DNA of 64,000 nt from contig JBAZRG010000001.1 of NCBI GenBank assembly GCA_041663145.1, forward strand, positions 156,942 through 220,941, in the 5' to 3' direction. Origin of the DNA: Minisyncoccota bacterium. Its GTDB lineage: Bacteria > Patescibacteriota > Minisyncoccia > Phycocordibacterales > PALSA-1337. The notes beneath the pieces are model-generated. The model was not told where the DNA came from and did not search any database. It was given only the letters and a program-made list of their open reading frames with translations. Made by a program: the position numbers and the translations under genes. The number at the start of each line of letters is the position of its first letter. Position 1 is the stretch's first letter. Shown in pieces: positions 29,511 to 39,976 of this stretch.

Positions 29511-30233
29511 ATGTCATTTACGATCAAGACACAATCATTCGAAGGACCGCTCGATCTGCTTCTCGATCTTATAGAAAAACGTAAACTTTTTATTAGCGAC
29601 ATATCGTTGGCGAAAGTGACCGATGATTTTATAATGCACGTAAAACAATTCGAACATTTACCGATGGGTGAATCGGCACATTTTATCCTGATAGCTTCGA
29701 CTCTTCTCCTTATAAAATCAAAATCGCTATTACCGGAACTGGCTCTATCAGAAGAGGAACAAACGGATATCAGTGATCTGGAAACTCGTCTCAAAATCTT
29801 CAAACGCATAAAAGAGGCTAGCATTGGTATTCAAAATCTATTCGGTAAGCAAATAATATTCGGCAGATCGCAATCACGTATTATTTCGCCGGTATTCGCT
29901 CCGTCACCGGAGTTCACACTCGAAAAGGCTCTGTTTTTGCTTACAGATCTTATCAACCGATTTCCTAAACAAGAAACTCTGCCGAAACATGTCGTAAGGA
30001 AAGTCATTAGTCTGGAAGAGATGATCAGCACCCTCACAACACGCATAACCAGTCATCTCAAGATGAGCTTCAAAGAGTTCACCAAAGAGCATAAGGGCAA
30101 TCGAGTCAACGTGATTGTCAGTTTTTTGGCGATGTTGGAACTGATGAAAAAGGGAATACTAGAAGTTAGCCAAGAAACACATTTCGGAGAGATTCAGATG
30201 GAGACAAAAGAAGTTGGGGTACCGCGATATTAA
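29511..30233 (+). CDS. scpA: segregation and condensation protein A
   Basis: FEGPLDLLLDLIEKRKLFISDISLAKVTDDF. Confidence 0.75.
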   Translation: MSFTIKTQSFEGPLDLLLDLIEKRKLFISDISLAKVTDDFIMHVKQFEHLPMGESAHFILIASTLLLIKSKSLLPELALSEEEQTDISDLETRLKIFKRIKEASIGIQNLFGKQIIFGRSQSRIISPVFAPSPEFTLEKALFLLTDLINRFPKQETLPKHVVRKVISLEEMISTLTTRITSHLKMSFKEFTKEHKGNRVNVIVSFLAMLELMKKGILEVSQETHFGEIQMETKEVGVPRY

Positions 30234-30268
30234 AAAAATATTTATAAAAATTGTAGTATAATCCCTAC

Positions 30269-30850
30269 ATGGAACAAAATCCCACAGATCTTCCGATCTC
30301 CGCGAAAATTGAAGCTGTTTTATTTTGTAAAGCAGAACCGATGTCCAAGAAAAAACTTTCGACATTACTGGGCGTCGATGAAAGTTCTCTGCAACATGGT
30401 TTGGAAACACTTCGTGAAGCTTTATCCGGACGGGGGATTTCTCTAGTCGAAACAAATGAAGATGTCATGCTGGGCACCGCCAAGGAGCTGGCTGGTCTCA
30501 TAGAACAATTTACCAAAGATGAATTATCGGAAAATCTGGGTAAAGCCGGCCTCGAAACACTTTCGATAGTGCTGTATCAGGGACCTATTTCACGCACTGA
30601 TATCGATCATATCCGCGGAGTAAATTCCCAATTTATATTGCGCAATCTCCTTGTTCGAGGCCTAGTCGAAAGAATAGAAAATCCGAGCGATACACGTTCA
30701 TTTCTCTATAAACCGAGCTTGGATCTACTCGCTCATCTGGGAATTTCCAAAATCGAAGATTTGCCGAGTTTTGCGCAAGTTAGAAGTGATATCGATAGTT
30801 TCAAAAAGGGAATAGATAATACCAATGAAGGAAAGAATTCAAAAAATTGA
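30269..30850 (+). CDS. scpB: segregation and condensation protein B
   Basis: IEAVLFCKAEPMS...LETLSIVLYQGPISRTDIDHIRGV (ScpB winged helices). Confidence 0.75.
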   Translation: MEQNPTDLPISAKIEAVLFCKAEPMSKKKLSTLLGVDESSLQHGLETLREALSGRGISLVETNEDVMLGTAKELAGLIEQFTKDELSENLGKAGLETLSIVLYQGPISRTDIDHIRGVNSQFILRNLLVRGLVERIENPSDTRSFLYKPSLDLLAHLGISKIEDLPSFAQVRSDIDSFKKGIDNTNEGKNSKN

Positions 30851-31931
30851 CCGGCCGTTCCTGATAGTCGTAGTCATAATGACTTTGGCCGGTTTTACCA
30901 TGTTCCTTTCGGCTTCTTTGGGTCTCTTGGCGCAAGATGGCGCTTCTTTTGCGACCGTGGCTACAAAACAAGCGGTAAGTCTCGTGATCGGTGTAGTAGC
31001 ATTCATTATCTTTTCAAAAATAAACTATAACTGGCTCCGAAAATCTGCCTTATTTGTCCTTATTGGGGCGATTATGGTAAATCTCCTATTGTTTATTCCG
31101 GGATTGGCTTTGCATGTAAACGGAGCTTCTCGTTGGATCGACCTCGGTCTTTTAACATTTCAACCTTCCGAACTCTTGAAAATTGCTTTTATAATATATC
31201 TGGCGGCTTGGGCTTATTTTGTAAAAGACAAGATCAAAACTATAAAGTTCGGTCTCATGCCTTATCTGGTCATAGTCGGAATATTGAGCCTGCTCCTTCT
31301 GGCTCAACGCGACACTGATACGCTAGTCATTATTGCTGGAACTGGTCTCATCATGTTCATCATAGCCGGTATGCCCCTGCGGCATGTTGCGATCGCTTTT
31401 GTGATAATGGGTCTTGCTCTAGGCGCGGTTGTCATGACTCGACCTTATGCTTTGGAAAGAATTCAGACTTATATCAATAGGGGATCCGATACCCAAGGTG
31501 CAGGTTACCAGATCAATCAATCCCTGATAGCCATCGGCTCCGGCGGAATTTTCGGTCGAGGCTTCGGTCAAAGTGTTCAAAAATTCGGTTATCTCCCCCA
31601 ACCGACCGATGACTCCATCTTTGCTGTCGCGGCCGAAGAATTCGGTTTTGCTGGTAGTTCAGCTCTGATCATTCTCTATGTCTTGCTTGCCTTGAGTGCC
31701 TTTCGGATCAGCACCCGATGCCCAGACATATTTGGCGCTCTCATAGTCTCCGGCATCGCCGTCCTCATCATCACCGAGTCTTTCATGAACATCGCCGCCA
31801 TGCTCGGAGTCATACCTCTCTCCGGCCTGCCACTTTTATTCGTAAGTCATGGTGGCACCGCGCTCATCATCACCCTCGTCATCGCCGGCATAGTGGCAAA
31901 TATTTCTAAATATCCGAGAGGTGTGGTTTGA
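30825..31931 (+). CDS. ftsW: SEDS-family peptidoglycan glycosyltransferase (FtsW/RodA)
   Basis: Ten TM helices and the conserved ...FVSHGGTALII... motif. It lies next to murG. Confidence 0.75.
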   Translation: MKERIQKIDRPFLIVVVIMTLAGFTMFLSASLGLLAQDGASFATVATKQAVSLVIGVVAFIIFSKINYNWLRKSALFVLIGAIMVNLLLFIPGLALHVNGASRWIDLGLLTFQPSELLKIAFIIYLAAWAYFVKDKIKTIKFGLMPYLVIVGILSLLLLAQRDTDTLVIIAGTGLIMFIIAGMPLRHVAIAFVIMGLALGAVVMTRPYALERIQTYINRGSDTQGAGYQINQSLIAIGSGGIFGRGFGQSVQKFGYLPQPTDDSIFAVAAEEFGFAGSSALIILYVLLALSAFRISTRCPDIFGALIVSGIAVLIITESFMNIAAMLGVIPLSGLPLLFVSHGGTALIITLVIAGIVANISKYPRGVV

Positions 31932-31969
31932 GGTAGACCGCATAGGATCAATACTGTAAAATACAGAAC

Positions 31970-33100
31970 ATGAAAATACTATTCACAGGGGGCGGTACTG
32001 GCGGACACTTCTATCCAATTATCGCTGTAGTAGAAGCGGTGCGTGAGGAGGTCAAGATGCGAAAGATCATTCCACCAAAGATGTATTTCATGGCGCCCGC
32101 GACTTACAATGCTCGAACACTATTTGATAACGATCTCCAATACATCCATGTCCCATCAGGAAAATTGCGACGTTATTTTTCATTATTGAATTTTTCTGAT
32201 GCTTTCAAAACTCTTATCGGTTGCTTCAAAGCACTCATAAAGATGTACTCCATATATCCTGACGTTGTCTTTGGCAAGGGAGGTTATGCTAGTTTCCCGG
32301 GCTTACTCGCTGCTAGATTGCTCGGCATACCAGTCATCATCCATGAATCAGACAGCAAACCAGGCAGAGTCAATGCTTGGGCTGGTAAGTTCGCCAAACG
32401 CATCGCTCTATCATATCCTGACGCGGCAAAATATTTTAAACATACAGACAGAGTCGCATATACAGGCAATCCGGTCCGCAGAGATATCATCACTCCACTT
32501 TCAAATGGTGCTTATGAACTACTCAATCTAGAACAAAACACACCGGTATTACTCATCCTCGGCGGATCCCAGGGCGCTCAAACCATCAATGACGTGATCA
32601 TGGGAGCATTGCCAGATCTCTTGAACAGATATCAAATCATTCATCAAACTGGCAAAGCAAATCTCGAAGAAATCAAACAAACCTCCACCGTCGTTCTCAA
32701 TGATCATCCTTATGCATATCGCTATCATCCATATGACTATCTGAATGATCTAACTCTCCGAATGTCAGCTGGAGTTACAGACGTTGTCATTTCTAGAGCC
32801 GGTTCAACCATATTTGAGATTGCGGCATGGGGATTGCCATCGATCATCATACCTTTGCCACATTCAGTCTCGCATGATCAGACAGATAACGCTCTCACTT
32901 ATGCCAGATCCGGCGCTGCTTCTGTTATAAATGAAAACAATCTTTCTCCTCATGTACTAACAGGAGAAATAGATCGCATATCATCGTCCGATACCATAAA
33001 AGACTCCATGCGTATGCATGCCAAAAACTTTGCCCGAGTAGATAGTGCCAAGATAATAGCCGATGCCATACTAGATATCGCTCTGGAACATGAAAAATAA
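31970..33100 (+). CDS. murG: MurG (UDP-GlcNAc:lipid I N-acetylglucosaminyltransferase)
   Basis: MKILFTGGGTGGHFYPIIAV and a GT28 C-terminal domain. Confidence 0.85.
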   Translation: MKILFTGGGTGGHFYPIIAVVEAVREEVKMRKIIPPKMYFMAPATYNARTLFDNDLQYIHVPSGKLRRYFSLLNFSDAFKTLIGCFKALIKMYSIYPDVVFGKGGYASFPGLLAARLLGIPVIIHESDSKPGRVNAWAGKFAKRIALSYPDAAKYFKHTDRVAYTGNPVRRDIITPLSNGAYELLNLEQNTPVLLILGGSQGAQTINDVIMGALPDLLNRYQIIHQTGKANLEEIKQTSTVVLNDHPYAYRYHPYDYLNDLTLRMSAGVTDVVISRAGSTIFEIAAWGLPSIIIPLPHSVSHDQTDNALTYARSGAASVINENNLSPHVLTGEIDRISSSDTIKDSMRMHAKNFARVDSAKIIADAILDIALEHEK

Positions 33101-33157
33101 GTATGCTATAATGGCTGTAAACAAGTCGAAATTAAAAGCGTAAAAACAATTAACAAC

Positions 33158-33664
33158 ATGGAACCCAATCAAAGCGGTATAAAGACTTGGCAGTGGGTCG
33201 TCACAGTCATTGTCATCATTGCTCTCATTATCATTGGCGTCTTAGTATTTGGTAGCAAGGGAACAGATTCACCTGTTACAGGCGACGAGACACCAGCTAT
33301 CACCGACGAAACTCCAGGAACAGTAAATCGCATCACAATGACGGATCAATATCCGGGCAACGTGGTTTATCTTTCCTCAGTTCAATTGGCTAAGGCTGGA
33401 TGGGTAGCTATCCACAAGGATAATGCCGGTATGCCAGGAGCAGTCATCGGTTCAGCTTATTTCGAAGCTGGTATCAATCCAGGCAAAGTCACTCTTTCCG
33501 AATCACTCGTAGATGGTGGCACATATTACGCCATGCTTCACTCTGATGATGGCGATGCTATCTTCAGCGAGGCAAAAGATGTCCCTCTCAAGGATGCAAA
33601 CGGCAATGTTATCATGAAGGTATTCCGTGGTTCAGCATCTGCTGACGCTACAATCAAGGGTTAA
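33158..33664 (+). CDS. hypothetical membrane-anchored or secreted protein
   Basis: N-terminal TM helix followed by a ~130-aa soluble domain. No family recognised. Confidence 0.45.
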   Translation: MEPNQSGIKTWQWVVTVIVIIALIIIGVLVFGSKGTDSPVTGDETPAITDETPGTVNRITMTDQYPGNVVYLSSVQLAKAGWVAIHKDNAGMPGAVIGSAYFEAGINPGKVTLSESLVDGGTYYAMLHSDDGDAIFSEAKDVPLKDANGNVIMKVFRGSASADATIKG

Positions 33665-33727
33665 TAGCGAAGTAGTTTAGGTAAGCAAAAATAGCCATTA
33701 TGTGGCTATTTTTGTTATACTATACAC

Positions 33728-35059
33728 ATGACAATAATTACCCGTTTTGCTCCGTCGCCTACAGGACTTTTCCATGCCGGTTCTTATAGAACAGCACTTT
33801 TTGCTTACATATTCGCCAGGCAAAATAATGGCAAGTTTATCCTGAGGATCGAAGACACCGATAAAGAAAGATCAAAAAAAGAATACGAAGACAACATCAT
33901 AGAGAGTCTGTCTTGGCTCGGTCTATCCTATGATGAACTCTATCGCCAATCCGATCGTACAGATATCTACAAAAAATATATAAACAAACTCATCGATACC
34001 GGTTTCGCATATATCTCAAAAGAAACTCCAAAAGAACCCGGAGATCGTGCCGAAGTTATCCGATTCAAAAACCCAAATAAAAAAGTTGCTTTCAATGATC
34101 TGATTCGTGGACATATAGAGTTCGACACCACCGAACTCCACGATTTCGTCATAGCCAAAAGTCTCAATGAACCAGTATTCCATCTGGTAAACGTAGTTGA
34201 TGATATAGAGATGGGCATGACCCACATTATTCGCGGAGAAGACCACATATCAAATACACCTCGCCAAATACTCATATACGAAGCTCTGGGCGCCAAAGTA
34301 CCTCTATTTGCCCATATACCGCTTCTATTGGCCAGCGATCGATCGAAACTATCAAAGAGACATGGGGCTCTGGCAATGACGGAATATCGCAATAAAGGAT
34401 ATCTACCAGAAGCTTTGGTCAACTATATGGCATTGCTCGGTTGGCATCCAGCCGATGAAAGTGAAGTTCTGAGTTTAGATGAAATCATCAACAAATTTAC
34501 CCTAGATCGCGTCCAGAAAAGCGGAGCAATATTTGATGAAGAAAAACTGAAATGGTTCAATCGACAATACATCATCAGACTTTCCGATGAAGAATTTTCC
34601 ACATACGCGACAACATTTTTGCCGGAGTGGCTTTCGATAAATAGTCCGGAGTGGAAGAAGCTGATAGGTATTGTCAAAGAAAAAATAAACACTCTTCAAG
34701 ATATTCAGACATTATTCGGCGTGGACGGCGAGCTTGGTTTTGTCAAAGAAACTCACACATACAATGCCGAACAAATCCTCTGGAAGAAAAATCCGAACAG
34801 GGAAGTAGCACGAAAACATGTTTCTAAAATTATTGAAATATTATCTACTTTATCTGATTCCGAATTTACAACAGAAAAAATAAAAACATCGATTTGGAAT
34901 TATGTCGAGGCGGAAGGGAAGGGGGATGTCCTCTGGCCGATGCGCATGGCACTTACCGGACAGGAAAAATCTCCAGATCCTTTTTCATCCGCATTTATTT
35001 TGGGTAGGGAAGAGGCTCTTAAACGGCTTAGTGCTGGACAGAAACTTCTCGAAAACTAG
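33728..35059 (+). CDS. gltX: glutamyl-tRNA synthetase (GluRS-type)
   Basis: RFAPSPTGLFHAGSYRTALFAY (HIGH region) and KLSKRHG (KMSKS). Confidence 0.85.
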   Translation: MTIITRFAPSPTGLFHAGSYRTALFAYIFARQNNGKFILRIEDTDKERSKKEYEDNIIESLSWLGLSYDELYRQSDRTDIYKKYINKLIDTGFAYISKETPKEPGDRAEVIRFKNPNKKVAFNDLIRGHIEFDTTELHDFVIAKSLNEPVFHLVNVVDDIEMGMTHIIRGEDHISNTPRQILIYEALGAKVPLFAHIPLLLASDRSKLSKRHGALAMTEYRNKGYLPEALVNYMALLGWHPADESEVLSLDEIINKFTLDRVQKSGAIFDEEKLKWFNRQYIIRLSDEEFSTYATTFLPEWLSINSPEWKKLIGIVKEKINTLQDIQTLFGVDGELGFVKETHTYNAEQILWKKNPNREVARKHVSKIIEILSTLSDSEFTTEKIKTSIWNYVEAEGKGDVLWPMRMALTGQEKSPDPFSSAFILGREEALKRLSAGQKLLEN

Positions 35060-35123
35060 CAGAACTTCTAGAGCACCTAAGGCTGAATGGTAGAATAGGT
35101 CACGTAATGCAAAGCCATACGAA

Positions 35124-36458
35124 ATGATAAAAGGAAATCAGAATAAAAATATAACATTTGACGCACTGATTTTATCAGTAGTAATCTTTGTATTCATTAC
35201 ATTAAATAATAGTGGTACATCAAAATCCGTATTTACTTCTTTACGCGAAGTCAGTGCTCAAACCGCCGACGAACTCCAAGCCAGAATAGACGATAGAAAT
35301 GAAGCCATCGCCAATCTGGAAAAAGACATAAAGGAATATCAGAAACAGCTCGATCAGTTGAGCAAAGAGGCAAATACTTTATCCGCCCATATCAAATCTC
35401 TCGCTCTGACCAAAAAACAACTGGAATCGAAAATATCACTTACACAAGACAAGATCCGTGCCAAGAATGATCAGATCCAGCAACTCGGAAAACAAATAAA
35501 AAACAAAGAAGGGAATATCGACTATGATAAACGGATTATCAGCCAATCATTCGCGACAATCAATGAGATTGATAAGGATTCCTTAGTCGAGCTAATACTG
35601 AGTGGCAATTCATTGTCGCAATCATGGAATCGGCTCGAACAGTTAAGCCTGTTACAAAAAGGTGTAAGTGAAAAGATCGTAAGTCTCAATCAAGACAAAA
35701 CAGATCTGGAAACAAATCGTGTTGCCAGTGAAAAAGCCAAAGCCGAGCTTGAGGTATTGAACAAACAACTTTCTTCCGAACGGGCCATCATCCTTACTAC
35801 TACCGCTGAACAAAATCAATTATTAAAACAAACCAACCAGTCCGAATCATCTTACAAAAAGATGCTCGCCGCCAAAAAAGCCGAGGCTGAAGCGTTCGAG
35901 AAAGAGATCGCCAACCTAGAAACACAACTCAATATTCTGATCAATCCAAGCTCGATACCACATACAGGTTCAGGTGTCTTGAGTTGGCCACTTGCGAACA
36001 TCTTCATAACCCAATATTTTGGCAATACAGCATTCGCCACAGCCAATCCTCAGATATACAATGGCAAAGGACATACTGGCGTCGATTTTCGCGCAACTAT
36101 AGGTACTCAGGTCAAATCGGCATTAGCCGGAGAAGTTATTGGTCTCGGCAATACCGATCTTTATGCCGGGTGCGCCTCTTACGGCAAATGGGTCATGGTA
36201 AAGCATAACAATGGTCTATCGACTCTATATGCCCACCTATCGCTTCATTCTGTTAAGGTAGGTGACATGGTCGAGACTGGAACATTGCTAGGTTATAGTG
36301 GAAACACTGGATACTCGACTGGTCCGCATCTGCACTTCGGCGTTTATGCCACCGAAGGTGTTCGTCTCCAAAAATTCACAACAAGTCGAAACTGCAAAGG
36401 CGCAACAATACCGATCGCTGACTATAGCGCCTACCTAAATCCGCTTTCATATTTGTAA
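35124..36458 (+). CDS. M23-family peptidase with an N-terminal coiled coil (EnvC-like)
   Basis: Long coiled-coil region, then GHTGVDFRA ... GNTGYSTGPHLHFGVY (M23 HxxxD/HxH motifs). Confidence 0.75.
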   Translation: MIKGNQNKNITFDALILSVVIFVFITLNNSGTSKSVFTSLREVSAQTADELQARIDDRNEAIANLEKDIKEYQKQLDQLSKEANTLSAHIKSLALTKKQLESKISLTQDKIRAKNDQIQQLGKQIKNKEGNIDYDKRIISQSFATINEIDKDSLVELILSGNSLSQSWNRLEQLSLLQKGVSEKIVSLNQDKTDLETNRVASEKAKAELEVLNKQLSSERAIILTTTAEQNQLLKQTNQSESSYKKMLAAKKAEAEAFEKEIANLETQLNILINPSSIPHTGSGVLSWPLANIFITQYFGNTAFATANPQIYNGKGHTGVDFRATIGTQVKSALAGEVIGLGNTDLYAGCASYGKWVMVKHNNGLSTLYAHLSLHSVKVGDMVETGTLLGYSGNTGYSTGPHLHFGVYATEGVRLQKFTTSRNCKGATIPIADYSAYLNPLSYL

Positions 36459-36501
36459 TATCGTTGTGGTTTTGTTTTCATAATTGCGATAAACTTAAAG
36501 T

Positions 36502-36720
36502 ATGATTCTTTATAAAAATACAAACAGGGGACTTATAAAAATGGTTATCCTCATTGTGGTTGTCCTCCTAGCACTGGCATACTTCAGGGTCAATATCAGG
36601 AATATCATCAGTTCTGAGGTTTGGACAGACAATTGGAAATTCATCAGCGAATTTGCCGTCGCGGTCTGGACGAATTATCTCGAAGTGCCTATAACATATT
36701 TGTGGGGAAAGATATTCTAA
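36502..36720 (+). CDS. small hypothetical membrane protein
   Basis: 72-aa ORF with one TM segment. Weak. Confidence 0.3.
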   Translation: MILYKNTNRGLIKMVILIVVVLLALAYFRVNIRNIISSEVWTDNWKFISEFAVAVWTNYLEVPITYLWGKIF

Positions 36721-36924
36721 TTGTCCCAAAAAGATTTTCAAATTTTTTTTAGTACTCACTTGAAAGGAGAGTGTGATCAAAAACGCATCTCCAACCCTCT
36801 TTTATTTTTTTTAATAAAACAGGGAAGTGCCTAGCCTTTTAACCAGCCCTGCCTACCGCAAAGATATAGGTAGGGACATAGTTAAATCATAGTCAACGTT
36901 CAGTCAACGAATAAGAGCTTACAA

Positions 36925-36947
36925 ACACCGTCAACCGGTGTTTTTTT
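36925..36947 (+). terminator. terminator-like hairpin in the chromosome/phage junction region
   Basis: ACACCG-TCAAC-CGGTGT followed by TTTTTTT. There is no annotated gene immediately upstream. Confidence 0.3.
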
Positions 36948-37568
36948 ATTCCGACAGGACGGTGAAAACTTCGCATGAGCGTTTCAGTGGTCATTCCACT
37001 CCAGTGGTTTCCACGACTGATTCTGTACATGCAAAGTGCTTCATCGTTCTATCGGAGCTATCGAAAGCTCCGATTATACCTAACACGTTCTGTTTCCTCC
37101 GCCTCTTGTTAGGTGGCGGGGGCAGAGCGAAACCGTGAAAGTCGGTAACTAAAATGGTCAACATTGATTTAGCTCACAACTTCGCAGACAAAAACTGTGA
37201 CATCTGTGAGGGCGAGGGTGTGGTGTGTAGCTGGGACGGTCAAAGCGAGGCATGTCTATGTGTTCGTAAACATCATCGTGAAGTCGCCGATGAAATGAGA
37301 TTAGAAGATTCACTACAAACAGTATGAATAAAATCTACATAAGAGAACAGCAAAAGCACTTCTTCTTTGAAAGAAAAGTACACAAAGCATTAGACATTAT
37401 CAGTCTCACTATGTTGGTCGGCATGGTGATCGTAGCTTACTTCTAACATGGACGACGTAGTTATTAAATTGATGGGAGAAGTTGTTAAAACTTCTCAAAA
37501 TAGATTGGATAAATTGCTTGAAGAATTGACCGCCATAAGTCAGAGCTTAAAAGCGATAAACGACGCCT

Positions 37569-37793
37569 TTGACACTAGAAATAAACGATATGACAGCAGA
37601 CCCAATTAAAAACTACATAGCAAAACTTCCACCTTCAACTGTAAACAACAGTCGAGAGAGGGTGCGAGAGATTTACAAGAAGTCACAGAAGGAAAGGTAC
37701 GGAGGTCATTTCTCAAGAGAGATAGAGGAGATTACAGGCGAGCCTTCAGATCGTACAGGTTACGACACCGGCTCTGAACCAGAGAGACGTTAA
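37569..37793 (+). CDS. hypothetical phage protein
   Basis: 74-aa ORF. Confidence 0.3.
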   Translation: MTLEINDMTADPIKNYIAKLPPSTVNNSRERVREIYKKSQKERYGGHFSREIEEITGEPSDRTGYDTGSEPERR

Positions 37794-37811
37794 AAACTAA
37801 TAAACAATAAC

Positions 37812-38315
37812 ATGAATGAAACAGACTTTTTGCCAGTAGATTACAAGATACCGGAGACTTCAAATTATATGAAGTTTCAAGATGGTGACAACGCTTTTAG
37901 GATTCTATCATCAGCCATTACGGGTTCTGAATACTTCAAGGCAGATAACAAACCAGTACGTTCAAAAGAGCCTTTTGACACTATTCCTGATGATATTAAA
38001 AAGGGTGGAGCAGTAAAAACTTTTTGGGCTTTCTTAGTTTGGAATTACGAAGCCAAGAGAATACAGATACTCGAACTTACACAGAAAGGAATTATGAAGA
38101 CTATTCAGTCTTACACTAAAAATCCAAAGTGGGGTAATCCAAAAGAGTATGACTTCATCGTAACAAGGACAGGAAGCGGAATGGACACTGAATACGCCAT
38201 AACAGTTAATCCAAAGTTTCCGTTAGACGAAGTGGTAACCGCCCAGTACGAAAAGATGAGTGTAGACCTTAACGCTCTATACGAAGGACTTGATCCGTTC
38301 AGTGTAGATAAATAA
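37812..38315 (+). CDS. hypothetical phage early protein
   Basis: 167 aa. It is first in a replication/recombination-type module. No confident family was recognised. Confidence 0.45.
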   Translation: MNETDFLPVDYKIPETSNYMKFQDGDNAFRILSSAITGSEYFKADNKPVRSKEPFDTIPDDIKKGGAVKTFWAFLVWNYEAKRIQILELTQKGIMKTIQSYTKNPKWGNPKEYDFIVTRTGSGMDTEYAITVNPKFPLDEVVTAQYEKMSVDLNALYEGLDPFSVDK

Positions 38316-38317
38316 CC

Positions 38318-38587
38318 ATGAAACAGACGCAGTTAAACTTCATAAAAGAACAGTTGTTACGGACTGGTGAGATCAGCCGTAACTTCTGTCTTAGAAACTA
38401 CATAAGCCGTCTTGGAGCGAGAATCGACAACATGAAGCGTGAGGGCTACAGCTTTGATGTGGAAAGACGTGACGGAGATTACGTCTATAAGCTCAAAACT
38501 GACCCCACACGCCCGCCTCAAGTACCAGAGCAGTACAAACGAGAGATTATTAACCAATCAGCACTCTTTACGAGAGCGCAAATGTAA
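38318..38587 (+). CDS. HTH_39-like helix-turn-helix DNA-binding protein
   Basis: ...GEISRNFCLRNYISRLGARIDNMKREGYSF matches the winged-HTH pattern common in phage regulators. Confidence 0.45.
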   Translation: MKQTQLNFIKEQLLRTGEISRNFCLRNYISRLGARIDNMKREGYSFDVERRDGDYVYKLKTDPTRPPQVPEQYKREIINQSALFTRAQM

Positions 38588-39324
38588 TGGCAAGACTACG
38601 TGTAATCAATACAAGGTTTTGGAATGACGATTACATCGCCAGACTAGACCCACTAGAAAGATACCTATTCCTATACTTTTTAACGAATCCAGCTACTGAC
38701 ATAAGCGGTATATATGAATTGCCATTAAGAACAGTTGCCGCTGAAACTGGTATAGAAGCCGATATGTTGAAAATGATGATGGATAGGTTCGCAACTGATA
38801 GCAAAATCTACTACTTTAACGGCTGGGTTTTTGTCAAAAACTTCTCAAAACACCAGACGATGAACCCAAAGATCAAAACTGGCATCGAATTAAGTCTAAA
38901 ACGAGTTCCGACTGAGGTTTTAAGCCATTTTGGTATAGAGCAACCATACTCTATAGATAGTCTATCGCATTCTAATTCTAATTCTAATTCTAATCCTAAT
39001 CCTAATTCTAATCCTAATTCTAAGTTAGCACCGCAGGCGGTGCAGGAGATATCGGTTAACGATTGTATATCTCTGTTTGAACCAATCAATCCGACCTTCG
39101 AGAGATTGTACTCAAACAAAAGTCAGAGGTCGGCAATGGATCGCTTACTTAAAAAGTTTGGTGGTGAAAAAATGATTGCTACTTTGCGTGAACTTCCGAA
39201 GCTCATAAACAAACCGTATGCCCCAACGATCACCACGCCTATCCAGCTTGAATCAAAGCTCGGTTCGCTAATCAGTTTCTATTACAAGCAAAAAAGTAAT
39301 GTAACAACAATTATCGGCTTATGA
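38587..39324 (+). CDS. putative phage replication/replisome-organizer-like protein with an internal (SN/PN)n low-complexity linker
   Basis: The N-terminal domain ...YLFLYFLTNPATDISGIYELPLRTVAAETG resembles phage replication initiator/organizer N-termini. A hexanucleotide repeat at 38971-39023 encodes SNSNSNSNPNPNSNPNS. Confidence 0.4.
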   Translation: MARLRVINTRFWNDDYIARLDPLERYLFLYFLTNPATDISGIYELPLRTVAAETGIEADMLKMMMDRFATDSKIYYFNGWVFVKNFSKHQTMNPKIKTGIELSLKRVPTEVLSHFGIEQPYSIDSLSHSNSNSNSNPNPNSNPNSKLAPQAVQEISVNDCISLFEPINPTFERLYSNKSQRSAMDRLLKKFGGEKMIATLRELPKLINKPYAPTITTPIQLESKLGSLISFYYKQKSNVTTIIGL

Positions 39325-39635
39325 AAAAAGAAGAATTACTAAAAAAGATTGGCGGGTTGGAATTACAAGTCAAAACTCTTGAGGAGTTTCAGATTGAACA
39401 ATTAAAAGAACTTGCAAAAGCATTTAACTGGAAAAAGCCAACTCGTTCCTATGGTAGTTACGACGAAGGCGAAGCTAAATTGCCGACATGGGGAGAAGTT
39501 TTTGTTGAGATTGGTCGGTTGTTAGCAAAGCAAAAGTATATTGAAAATATGGAACGAATAGACGGCTTTGATTTCAGACTTGGAGATATTGAAGCAAATG
39601 TTAGAAACATTCTTAAAAATAAAATCAATGACTAA
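39321..39635 (+). CDS. hypothetical phage protein
   Basis: 104-aa ORF; its start ATG overlaps the upstream stop (ATGA). Confidence 0.4.
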   Translation: MKKEELLKKIGGLELQVKTLEEFQIEQLKELAKAFNWKKPTRSYGSYDEGEAKLPTWGEVFVEIGRLLAKQKYIENMERIDGFDFRLGDIEANVRNILKNKIND

Positions 39636-39921
39636 CTTCTACCTAATTCAAATGTCACGTGGCATACCGATACCGATTGATGCCGAAGAACTACAGAAAG
39701 TCTTGCAGGGTATACAAACCAAAAGTCCGGTCATCGTAAAGCAGGGAATATTCAATCCAAGTTTCTTTGTAAGCATTATCGAAGATTCAGATAGAAAACA
39801 GGGATGGAATCGAGAGCTTGGCGGCGACAAGTACATGCTGACAACTAAAGAACCATTACCAGATTTGTTTGAGGAGATGCGGTCGAATCTCGTTAAGCTA
39901 GTTACTTTACCGCATGACTAA
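39628..39921 (+). CDS. hypothetical phage protein
   Basis: The ORF is open from 39568. The start was chosen at the ATG that overlaps the upstream stop. Confidence 0.35.
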   Translation: MTNFYLIQMSRGIPIPIDAEELQKVLQGIQTKSPVIVKQGIFNPSFFVSIIEDSDRKQGWNRELGGDKYMLTTKEPLPDLFEEMRSNLVKLVTLPHD

Positions 39922-39976
39922 CCACCTTCTCATTCGATCAGGTTCAGGGAGGCATCTGATCGGGTAGGAAACAAAC

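Noticed and set aside
31718-31909. His/Arg-rich 63-aa ORF inside ftsW
   Set aside because: An alternate-frame artefact of the ftsW coding sequence.
36938-37138. 66-aa ORF in the junction region and a possible Cys-rich ORF at 37153-37327
   Set aside because: Low-complexity translation, no good start or RBS context, and a stop soon after the only ATG, so they are probably spurious.
36721-37150. tRNA or tmRNA as a phage attachment site at the left junction
   Set aside because: No cloverleaf-compatible acceptor/T-arm arrangement or CCA-adjacent structure was found on either strand.
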